DNA of 64,000 nucleotides from an uncultured delta proteobacterium (GTDB lineage Bacteria; Desulfobacterota; Syntrophobacteria; Syntrophobacterales; Syntrophobacteraceae): NCBI GenBank assembly GCA_963808625.1, contig CAWEHK010000030.1, positions 32,001 to 96,000 of the forward strand, read 5' to 3'. Shown piece by piece: positions 55,178 to 64,000 of this stretch (position 1 is its first letter; each line of letters starts with the position of its first letter). The notes under the pieces were generated by a model. It saw only the letters and a program-made list of their open reading frames with translations, ran no database searches and was not told where the DNA came from. The position numbers and the translations under genes were made by a program.

Positions 55178-56047
55178 CATTAAAACGACTCTGCACTTTA
55201 TTTTGCGTATCTTCTGAATGGCTGCTCCCCACACATAAGGCGAAAATGGTCCCCCAAGAACGCCAAAGGGCCCGGATCGCTCCGAGCCTCTCTCATCTGC
55301 CAAGGTTATCGTATCATTCCCATCTTCTTTGGTTCCCGTGTAAGGATTCGGATCGTTCTGTCTTACTCCCTAATTGTGTCGAACGAGTTTCAGTGTCCCC
55401 TTTGCGCCGTCCAAGTGGACCTCAAATGGGGATGGGAAGCTAAGTCCAAGCAAGGCGTCCAAGTCTTCCGGAAGGCTGTCGTGAATCGCAGGAATCCTTC
55501 ACCACTCGGGAATATGCAAACAGCACCCAGTTCCCCATGAGAGAAAAACAAAAGTGCCCGCAGATGAGCCAGTTGTCCTCGAAGATTTTGACGATGGCTG
55601 GCCCGGGTATGAAGAGCCCGTAATCATCTACCACTAACTTCGACCCTGGAGACGGTCCCCACCGGCCACCAAAGGAGCAGTATGCCCTCAAACCGGGGCA
55701 AACACCCTCTCTCAAGCCCTCCGCAATCAAGGCAATGTGCCAGAGACCAATTTGCAGCGACTTGCCCATCATTGCGACCAGCACGGTGTAACACCGCGCT
55801 GGCTCTTGTGTGTACATACCAAAAAGTCGGCACAAAAATGGCTTTGACAGCATCGACGATGTGTGCTACGGCTCCGCCTGTTTTTTTTTGCTGGGCCGGA
55901 GACTGCAACCATATAAGGCACAAGGTTGCCCACTTGCCCGGCATTTTCAAATTGACAGAGCACTAGCCGAAGAGTCACAAAAAGTGATTTCCTATCACCT
56001 CACCCAGCATCGGAAGAAACTGATTTGCCGCTCATTAGGAGGGAAAA

Positions 56048-57886
56048 ATGAAAAGGAAACGTTGGGTATTTGTTGCGGCGATTGCGTGTTTCTTCTTGTT
56101 GGGGAGTATCATGCCAAGTGAAGCCAGAGGCAATTCCTCCAAGAGCGCCTCACCAGCGTCAGAACCGATCAACAAAGGTTATTATCTGCCGGACTTCCGC
56201 TTGATTGCCGAAAAGGGTTTCGACAGTCCTCAGAACAATTACGCCTGGTCCAGTGCCAGCTTTCAAGGGGACATCTATATCGGCACGGCCCGCAACTTCG
56301 TCTACCAGGTACTCGAGGTGCTCAAGCAGGTCGGCATGCTTCCTCCGGATTACGAATATCAATTCATCACCCACCCCGAAGGCAGTCCCTGGTCAATGGA
56401 ATTCGCGGAGGAGATGAGCGGGGAAATCTGGCGCTTTCGAAAAGGCGATTGGTCACGGGTCTACAAGTCGAGTCCAGTGGACGTCTCCTTCCTGTCGATT
56501 CCCGGTGCGCCGACGCCTGCTTATGCGGCCAAGGAGCCGGGGTTCCGCAGCATGATTACCTTCACCGACCAGGGGGGTGAGGAGGCCATCTACGCCGCCT
56601 CCGGCGCCAGCCTGGTTCCGGGAAGGCTGCTTATCAAATCCACTGACGGCACTTCTTGGAAGGGAGTAGTCACTCCGCCTGCCTCGATGGAGAGCGATTC
56701 CCGCAGCATGGCCGTTCACAACGGCAAGCTCTTCATCGGTCCGGCCGGAGTGAGCAACACCGCCACGATCTGGGCCACGGACGATCCCAAGACGACCGGT
56801 GACGGAAGCAACTGGAAGAAGGTAGCCGACTTCACCCTTGACGGGCCGGGGAGGAACGTTGCCGTCGTCGCCATGGTGAGTTACCGGGGCTATCTCTACG
56901 CGGGGACCCAGAACGATGAGGCGGGTTTCCAGGTGTGGAGGAGCAAGGCGAGGAGCCCGGAAGATCCGCAGATCGGTGACTGGGCCAAAATTATCGATTA
57001 TGGTGCGGGGGACATGGGGAACACCAGGGCCCTGACCATGGCCGTGTTCCAGGACAGCGTGATTGTCGGATCCTCCATGTTCCCGATCGCGTCAAATCCG
57101 CCCGGGCTGCTGGCTCCCAAGGGGTTTGAGGTGATTCGCATCCACCCGGACGACTCCTGGGAGTTGCTCGTCGGTGACTATCTTGCCCAGAAGCCTCCCG
57201 GGGGCATCCCTTCGCTGAGGCTGCCGAAGAGTCTCTGGCCCGGGGGATTCGGAAACTTTCTGAACCTTTACTGCTGGTCTCTGATATCCGACCAGGGGGT
57301 TCTCTATCTTGGTTCGTTCGACACGAGTTCGTTCCTTTACGTTCTTCTCTCTGATGACAGCCTTTCGAAATCGATACTTCCGAGCAACATAGCTGACAGT
57401 CTTTCGAAATCGATACTCCCGAGCAACATAGAGGGTCTGAGGAAGGCCATCGGCTCACTGGACAGACCAGGGATGGAGAAGTTTTTCGGTCCCTATCGGG
57501 AGCTGGCCGGCGCCCTCGATGCTGGCGATCTGGGCGACCTGGATTGGGAGCAGATCTGGGATATTCTCAAGACCTACTTCTTCGGTGCTGACCTGTGGAA
57601 GACCACGGACGGCATCCATTGGGAACCGGTCACTCTGAACGGCTTTGGGAATCCGGAGAATTACGGGATCAGGACCATGCTTTCGGAACCGGTCGCTCTG
57701 AGCGGCTTGCAGAATTCCTTGTACATCGGCACTGCGAACCCTTTTGGTGGTCTCGAGGTGTGGCGAGCTTTGAAAGAGAATGCTATCGTACCTGCCTTGG
57801 ACAAATGGGGGTTGCTGGTTTTTGCCCTTCTCACGGGGTCCGCTGCGCTATATGCTATGAAGCGACGGAGCAGAGCGAAAGGATGA
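56048..57886 (+). CDS. Secreted beta-propeller-like protein with an IPTL-CTERM-type sorting signal
   Basis: Signal peptide; repeated LY(A/I)GT.N..G..VWR blades; C-terminal VPALDKWG + TM helix + KRRSR. Confidence 0.85.
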   Translation: MKRKRWVFVAAIACFFLLGSIMPSEARGNSSKSASPASEPINKGYYLPDFRLIAEKGFDSPQNNYAWSSASFQGDIYIGTARNFVYQVLEVLKQVGMLPPDYEYQFITHPEGSPWSMEFAEEMSGEIWRFRKGDWSRVYKSSPVDVSFLSIPGAPTPAYAAKEPGFRSMITFTDQGGEEAIYAASGASLVPGRLLIKSTDGTSWKGVVTPPASMESDSRSMAVHNGKLFIGPAGVSNTATIWATDDPKTTGDGSNWKKVADFTLDGPGRNVAVVAMVSYRGYLYAGTQNDEAGFQVWRSKARSPEDPQIGDWAKIIDYGAGDMGNTRALTMAVFQDSVIVGSSMFPIASNPPGLLAPKGFEVIRIHPDDSWELLVGDYLAQKPPGGIPSLRLPKSLWPGGFGNFLNLYCWSLISDQGVLYLGSFDTSSFLYVLLSDDSLSKSILPSNIADSLSKSILPSNIEGLRKAIGSLDRPGMEKFFGPYRELAGALDAGDLGDLDWEQIWDILKTYFFGADLWKTTDGIHWEPVTLNGFGNPENYGIRTMLSEPVALSGLQNSLYIGTANPFGGLEVWRALKENAIVPALDKWGLLVFALLTGSAALYAMKRRSRAKG

Positions 57887-58518
57887 CACAACTCCTCTTG
57901 CCGGATTGTTCTTCCAGACCAAAATCGACAAATCCTTTAATCGCGTTTCCAGCTCACAAGGCATGGGCAGCACATCAAGGCGTTTGTGAGGAATTGACGA
58001 TCAGGTACTTCGAATGAATGCTCCACAAGGGCGGGGTCGGGAATGGCGAGCCGGTCGCTTAATATTGTCATCGATGGGGATTGCATGGATCTGGTCAATC
58101 AAAGCCTTGTCGTGCCTTTGAAGAACGATATCGGCCAGCGCTTGAGCATCCCGTAGCAGTTTCATGAGTTCATGGTGCTTCCTTGATTTTAGCGCGAAGT
58201 TCCTTTAAGCGTCCTTCCTAATCCTCTTCCATGTGCCTCGCCTCCTGTGTGCGCCCTGGTGGTAATCCAGGGGAAGCCCGGCCAGGAAACCGGGTGTTCG
58301 CCGCGTCCGGCTATCCCCTGGAAACTGATCACTTCTTCACATTGGTAAAGCGTCTCACGAGAACGGCATAGGCGTTCTTGCTGGCAACGGTGGTAAAGTA
58401 GTGGTGCCGTTCCGATGCTCGCGCCGTCTGCCACTTGCCCGGCTTCCGGCATTCAATAAGAATCTGGTCTCCCTCGATGGCATCGCCAGGAGCCCTGTGC
58501 ACCTTGTGCTCTGGTTTC

Positions 58519-58728
58519 CTAATCGACTCCGGCAATTTTCCCCTCCCTTTCCAGTTCTTCGCAGGCATCGACAATGAGCGCCAAGGGCAAATCGAAAACA
58601 TTCGTCAGGTCCACATAGTCAATGATTTTCCCGTGATGCTGCTCGAAGTAGTCCTTGAGCATTACCTTTGCGGTCTCGATACTTGGCATGAAATGCTCTT
58701 CAATCTTCTCGGCTTCGCCTGGATTCAT
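58519..58728 (-). CDS. Small hypothetical protein, possibly winged-helix
   Basis: AGAGGA RBS; ...ACEELEREGKI; follows hicB. Confidence 0.65.
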   Translation of the reverse strand: MNPGEAEKIEEHFMPSIETAKVMLKDYFEQHHGKIIDYVDLTNVFDLPLALIVDACEELEREGKIAGVD

Positions 58729-58749
58729 GGCCCATCCTCTCTACCGCAT

Positions 58750-58959
58750 TCATGCGCTCATGCGCGTTGGTTCGGGAATCGGTGTTGAATCCTGGTGTGC
58801 CACATCAAGCCAAAGCTCAATGGCTGTCTCCAATTCCATGAGTGCCTCTTGGGGGGTGTCACCAAAGGCAGAGCATCCCTTCAGGTCGGGAACAACCGCG
58901 ATATATCCCCGATCCTCTTCGCTGTAAAAAATGGTGACCGGATATTTCGGCCTAGACAT
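58750..58959 (-). CDS. hicB: HicB-family antitoxin (short form)
   Basis: YPVTIFYSEEDRGYIAVVPDLKGCSAFGDTPQEAL...PIPEP. Confidence 0.92.
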   Translation of the reverse strand: MSRPKYPVTIFYSEEDRGYIAVVPDLKGCSAFGDTPQEALMELETAIELWLDVAHQDSTPIPEPTRMSA

Positions 58960-59194
58960 GCTGGATCTCCTCTATGGCTTTGAGTGCCTGGCGGACCTGG
59001 TAGGCCTTCGCCAATCCCTTGCGGCTTTGCATGGTCAACTTCCCATCCCACTGAGGATGAGTGAACACCCTGTGGCTGCCTTTGGCTTCGCGTTCTTTGA
59101 AACCAAAGGATAGCAGCCATGCCTCTGCCTCTTCAAAACGAACATTTGCCGGGTTGTTCTTGATCTTCTGATGGCGCTTTGATTGCGTCGTCAT
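58952..59194 (-). CDS. hicA: HicA-family toxin
   Basis: NPANVRF, FGF, KGSHRVFTHP, AKAYQVRQ. Confidence 0.92.
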   Translation of the reverse strand: MTTQSKRHQKIKNNPANVRFEEAEAWLLSFGFKEREAKGSHRVFTHPQWDGKLTMQSRKGLAKAYQVRQALKAIEEIQHV

Positions 59195-60375
59195 CCACAC
59201 AGCCCCTCTTATCTACCGTACCAGCCTTAACCCGGTATCCTGGTCTGCCAGCGCCAACGACCTGGTTGATAAGGTCCCCTGCAAGGTCGGAAGCTCGCTT
59301 CAAGGTTTCATCCCGCAGGTGGGCATAGCGTTGTGTCATCAGTGGGCTTTTGTGGGTCATGAGCTTTTGCAGGGTGTACATATCCACCTGCCCGGAAGAA
59401 GCCAGCATGGAAGCGTAGACATGCCGTAACCCATGCAGGGCCCGGAAGTCTTTGGGCAGCCCCGCTCGCTTCTTTATGTTCTACACTGGTTGCGGTGATG
59501 TCCGACCTAGGCTCCCCCATTCGTCCCGGAAAGACGATAGCTCTCTGGATCGCGGGATGATCGGCTCAAGAACATTTCGGCCGATATCATTTAGGGGAAT
59601 CTTTGGCTTGGCCCGCCTTTGGGATCGACAATATTGATGAATCCCCGGTCAAAGTCCACATGCGCCCCACTGTAATTTGAACAGTTCGCCGCGCCTCATC
59701 CCGCTGAAAAGGACCATCTCATCAAGTTTGCCGCCTGCATATCTGGCTCCCGTCGATTTCTTCCAGGAGGCGGAAAGTTGATCGCGGTTAAGGTCTTCCG
59801 TCTTGAGATTGTCAACCTTCGGCATCTCGATTGCGAAGTTGAGCCCCTGGCAAAATGTTTTTTGACGCCAAAATTGATGATGCGCCTTAGCAAGCTCCAG
59901 GGCGTTGTATACAGTGGCAGGCTTGAGAGTTTTCAACAACTTGATTCGTGCCCGATCAACATCAAGCGGCACAAGCTCCTTGGGCTCCTGGTCTCCCGAA
60001 TGCGGCCTTCAGGTAGCAATTGAAACGGTCTTCATCCCGATCTATCGCTTTGACCTGAGGATTTGTAGCCTTGTATTCAGCCCACAATTTCGAAATGGTC
60101 CAGCGCCCTTCCTCTGTTTCTTTCGCCTCCCGTTCCTTATCGCGTTTTTCTTGGTTCGATTGGTCCTTGCCCTGCATACGCTCCGCTCTGAGCATAGATG
60201 CCCTGGCAGGCGTCATGTCATCCAGGTGTTCACGGCCGGCTTTCTCTTCCACTTGCTTGCCGTCTCTCCTGTACCGAAGGTAGTAGATTCGTTCCGGCTT
60301 CCCGGTAGCCGGCGAATTTCCTTCCACATAGACGACTCCCGGATATTTCGTCTTAATTCTCTTCAGCGCTGGCAT
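59133..60375 (-). CDS. Tyrosine recombinase/integrase (multiple frameshifts; 3' end uncertain)
   Basis: KTKYPGV arm region; SGMRRGELFKLQW; HGLRH; LMTHKSPLMTQRYAHL. Confidence 0.92.
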
Positions 60376-60765
60376 GTTGCCTCCTACCCGTTGGGACTTG
60401 ATTGAAACCCGTTGGGAGTTGTTCCCCACACTATTCCCCACACTTATGATACATTTTAGGGTAATATGAGGTAAAGTCAAGGAAGAAGTGATTTCGTAGA
60501 ATGCCTTGAATAAAGCCTTTATTGGAAGATCAAGTAAAATCCGATGAAATCAATGAGACGGGTTCGAACCCCGTTGGGACTATCACCTTTTCCCACAGCG
60601 CTCCTCTCCCCGCGGCACACCGCAAAGACCGGAAAACGGGTGGGCAATAGTAATTCCACTCCCTATAGCGCCCCCAGGAACCATATCCATATCCGTAACA
60701 CCTGCTTCAAAAGAGCAGTTCTCAAGCTAAGCATTTTGACTGCAAGAGCCACAGATTTTGCCGTG

Positions 60766-61180
60766 TTATTCGATAGAATCCCCAGGAAGAGTTTCTTGTC
60801 GTGCAGGTTGGGTCACCCATCTCGCATCGACGTCAGGCTCCTCTGAAACAATCCCCAGCTTTGTGTAGATGGGGCGGAGCAGTTCGCGCAGGGCAGGAAT
60901 TCGCCGTGGGAAAAGAAACGAGCCCATGAGGAGGCAGACTCCTCCAATCACCAGGGGGTTGGGAGCGCCGATTCGGCCCGCGAGCGCCCCTTAGACCAGG
61001 TTCCCGAAAGGCACGGTTCCCATGAAGGCCATGGTGCAGAAACTCATCACGCGCCCGCGCTTGTCCTCGCCCACGATGGTCTGCAACACTGAGTTGCTCG
61101 AAGTGAGCAGCACCATCATTCCAAAACCGGTGAAAAGGAGAATGACCAGGGCAAGCAGAAAGAGGCCAGCGTGGGAAAAG
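60766..61180 (-). pseudogene. C-terminal remnant of an MFS transporter
   Basis: LQTIVGEDKRGRVMS...GTVPFGNLV, in-frame stop, then GAPNPLVIGG; N-terminal part absent. Confidence 0.7.
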
Positions 61181-61357
61181 GCTGGAAGCCCCCCCCTAAA
61201 GGTACAGTAAATGCCTGTTGAGCCATGTGTCCGCTTGTCAAATTCTTGGGTGTGTTTTCGACTCATGAGGTTCTTCTACCCTAAGCCTGTGCTCCCAGTC
61301 CGGATGTTCCAGGCATTTTTGAGATTCTCTGCCTGATTCCGCCCCTTGACCGCAGGA

Positions 61358-61600
61358 CTAAGTACTTGCGACGGAACCGCCATCTACACGATAGCGTGCT
61401 CCAGTGACAAACGAGGCTTGCTCTGACAATAGAAATGCGACAACAGGAACTGTCTCCTCGGGTGTCCCGGGTCGTTCGAGAACGATAGGCGGTCTCTGTT
61501 CTCGAAGAAACCGTGCGATTTCCTCCTCTTTGCTGGTACCTCTTGCTTTGGCTTGTGCGGACATAAAAGAATCCGCCAAAGGCGTCAAAATCGAGGCAGG
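61358..61600 (-). pseudogene. C-terminal remnant of a short-chain dehydrogenase
   Basis: [30 protein letters not shown]; no Rossmann N-terminus seen. Confidence 0.75.
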
Positions 61601-62114
61601 GAAAATGGAGTTTGCCAGTCCGCCGGGAATGACAAAACCTCTTCTCCAGAGTCATGAATCTCCACTGCCGTATCATCCAGTGCCTCTTATTCCCGGGCAC
61701 AAATGGCGATTCGGCAGCCTCCCTTCATTGCGGGGCCGTCTGAAATGTCTCTGAGAACTTCCGTCCCTCTGACTTCTTGACATTCTCCAGGTAACCTGCT
61801 AGCTGGAAGCCTCTAAAGAGCAATTTCCTAAACCGCGAAGAACCTGCCATGGGCCTGAACAGAAGGGCAGCCGGACAGGGTGACGCGACCCCTTTGAATA
61901 CTTGCGTAAAGCATCGCAAAATGGCTGACGGGCCTTGATTGCTGGTGAATCATGCCGGTGGCGGTGGTCTGCAAAGCGTGTGGTGTGGAAACACGACGCC
62001 GGGGATGGGAGAGTGAGGGATTGCACGATGAAAGAGATTTCTCGTGGTGGAGGCTGGCACAGAGCGGCGACAAGTCGGTCTTTGCTGAGGTCTGCTGTGA
62101 TTGCCTGGCATAAT

Positions 62115-64000
62115 ATGTCGGGAAACCTCTCCGCTGACATCATCGTACTTCCGCCTGTCTTGCCGCATAAAGTTTTTGCAAGGGGTCCGGGATTTATTTT
62201 TGTTCTTGGCGTGTTCTGCTGTCTTGTCGCTCTTCCCGCAAGCACCTTTGGAAGAACTATATATGTGGACAAATCATCTCCTTGCGGCGATGGCTGTGAT
62301 GGATCGGACTGGAGCCATGCCTTTCATAACATCCAGGACGGCATAGATACGGCTTCAGCAGTTGGGGACGAGGTGCTGGTTGCGGAGGGGGTTTATCACG
62401 AAGCTCTCGTTACAAAGCACCCCAACATTACACTGCGTGGTGAAGAGAATATCACTAATACTATGGGTGCAATTGTTGATTCAAAAGGATTAAGTCGTCA
62501 TACTATCATAATCAATCATGACGGAATCGGCTTGAAAAGGTTAACTTTTAGATCTTGTGATCCAGGTAATTATAATCTATTAATTTCTAATGCTTTCACC
62601 GTTATCGTAGATGAATGTATCGTTACCATTGGAGAAAGAGCGCTCTCAATATTCAATAGCTCGGTTATTTTAAATAGATGCCTTATCTCTAATCATAAAC
62701 CATTGGACGCAAATAACGATGGATTGATTACTATTAAAGGCAACCAAACAAATATTACGTTCAACTACTGTATTTTTATGAATAATTCGGATCGAGTAAC
62801 CATTTTAAATGAAGCTTTGGTACATTTCAATAATTGCCTTTTTACGGGTTTTGGATCTGGTGTTTTAGCATTGAAATCGGGAGCTCCCAGCGTCTACTTA
62901 AACAACAGCGTTCTCGTTTCAAATGCCATTGGTAATAATAGCTCGAATATATTAAATAATTCATCTAATGGGAGTTTGTATCTGGCTAATTGTCTGGTCC
63001 ACCCCAACCCCAGAAACGGCAACGCGCATAACTGGGTCAATATCAATGATAGTGGTGGAAACATTGGGCTTGATGATCAGTACTCCATACCGGCATTTGC
63101 ATCACCCAGAAAGAAAGCGATTTTGATACTTGGATTGGATGACATTCCGGCCCTCACCGGGAGAAATTCGTTCTATGAAAGGTTCGCCAAGACTTGTGAG
63201 AAGCGTGGGTTCCGCAGCAGTTACTCCTTGAACACCGAACGTGTCTCGGCATCTGACTGGAACAAACTGAGGGCTTTTGTTTCTCGTGGCCATGAAGTTG
63301 TGGCCCACAGTCGCACCCATGCACATCTTGGGGACCGCAACGGGATCGCCATAAAATATGTAGGACCACAAGTGGCGCAGGCTTCTGTGAGTATCGGTGA
63401 TGGAAGGTTAGTCACAAGGATTGATGGCCGGACCGATCTTAGCCTGGAACTGGGAGACCCTCAGTACGACACTCTTCTTAATTTAAGCCTCGCTATTGAT
63501 AAGCTGAAAAATTATGAATGCCGGCTTGAAAATAAATCTCGAGTAGCAAAAAGTTTCTGTCTGGAAGATTTAAGCGATCAGGATTGCAACCGGAAAGCCG
63601 TTCAGATTAAGCTTGACAGAGATCGGTTTTTTGACTGGGAAATTGCCGGAAGCAAGCAAGATATTGAGCGGAACATCGGACAAGGCTACCAGTGCAAAGT
63701 TGCCTCATTCCCGGCCAATTCTTACGATTACCAATCAAAAGAGGCGTGCAGGATCAGAGGTTTTCTGGGAGCGAGGGGAGGGGACAGAAGTCAAAAGAAC
63801 CACAGCCTGGAGGACCTCGATGTCTATGAAATATGGGGAACAACTCCAACAGAACTGATTGGGAAGACCAACATCAAGCGCAACACATCCGCACTCATAG
63901 AATGGATGCGATATGTCGGCGCCATTGTCTTTTTGTATGGCCATGATCACAAAGGATTCCCAGACGAGTTTTCAATCCCTGAATGGGAGGACCTACTTGA
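62115..64000 (+). CDS. Secreted right-handed beta-helix plus NodB-type polysaccharide deacetylase protein (runs off the window)
   Basis: Manual translation: hydrophobic leader, IYVD...DGSDWSHAFHNIQDGI...VLVAEGVY, Asn/Ile-rich coils, LGLDD, GHEVVAHSRTH, LYGH; absent from the ORF track because it has no stop in the window. Confidence 0.8.
   Translation, partial: MSGNLSADIIVLPPVLPHKVFARGPGFIFVLGVFCCLVALPASTFGRTIYVDKSSPCGDGCDGSDWSHAFHNIQDGIDTASAVGDEVLVAEGVYHEALVTKHPNITLRGEENITNTMGAIVDSKGLSRHTIIINHDGIGLKRLTFRSCDPGNYNLLISNAFTVIVDECIVTIGERALSIFNSSVILNRCLISNHKPLDANNDGLITIKGNQTNITFNYCIFMNNSDRVTILNEALVHFNNCLFTGFGSGVLALKSGAPSVYLNNSVLVSNAIGNNSSNILNNSSNGSLYLANCLVHPNPRNGNAHNWVNINDSGGNIGLDDQYSIPAFASPRKKAILILGLDDIPALTGRNSFYERFAKTCEKRGFRSSYSLNTERVSASDWNKLRAFVSRGHEVVAHSRTHAHLGDRNGIAIKYVGPQVAQASVSIGDGRLVTRIDGRTDLSLELGDPQYDTLLNLSLAIDKLKNYECRLENKSRVAKSFCLEDLSDQDCNRKAVQIKLDRDRFFDWEIAGSKQDIERNIGQGYQCKVASFPANSYDYQSKEACRIRGFLGARGGDRSQKNHSLEDLDVYEIWGTTPTELIGKTNIKRNTSALIEWMRYVGAIVFLYGHDHKGFPDEFSIPEWEDLL

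Larger units (their letters stand above)
55150..60582. mobile_element. Integrative island at the 3' end of tRNA-Glu
   Basis: 25-bp direct repeat ACGGGTTCGAACCCCGTTGGGACTA at 55150-55174 and 60558-60582; tyrosine integrase next to the distal copy. Confidence 0.9.

Noticed and set aside
55828..55844. Sigma54 promoter for the IPTL-CTERM gene (CGGCACAAAAATGGCT)
   Set aside because: GG-N10-GC spacing fits, but both the TGG and TTGC consensus positions deviate; too weak to call.

Overview
Bacterial DNA, mostly GC-rich with a few AT-rich stretches. Gene content suggests an anaerobic Desulfobacterota/deltaproteobacterium; this is inference and no marker gene was searched. Many housekeeping genes (tkt, pfk, hisF, acs, cbiA, cbiB) are split by single-base frameshifts, which looks like long-read consensus error, so gene models were joined across frames by eye. 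Layout: 1-7.2 kb, a surface-glycan-type tailoring cluster (YdjC deacetylase, SGNH hydrolase, carbamoyltransferase, DUF5989, SxtJ-like, two GNATs). 7.3-21 kb, a radical SAM gene, rpiB-pfk-tkt, ltrA, an orphan hisF and acs. 21.5-30.6 kb, an accessory tract with all genes on the minus strand, separated by decayed attC-like hairpins. It encodes a C25-like protease, a degenerate gluzincin-like protein, a TPR-CHAT protease with a coupled beta-rich partner, a methyltransferase and a toxin-antitoxin pair. 31-55 kb, cobalamin genes, ino1 and housekeeping genes, including an apparently synthetase-dead RelA/SpoT homologue. 55-60.6 kb, tRNA-Gln and tRNA-Glu followed by a 5.4-kb island (integrase, HicAB, IPTL-CTERM protein) bounded by a 25-bp tRNA-Glu duplication. 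62.1 kb to the end, an AT-rich beta-helix/polysaccharide deacetylase gene. Intergenic DNA is dense with REP/MITE-like palindromes and heptamer repeats, some inside coding sequences. The best candidate for an undescribed system is the CHAT protease plus beta-rich partner within the attC-like array.
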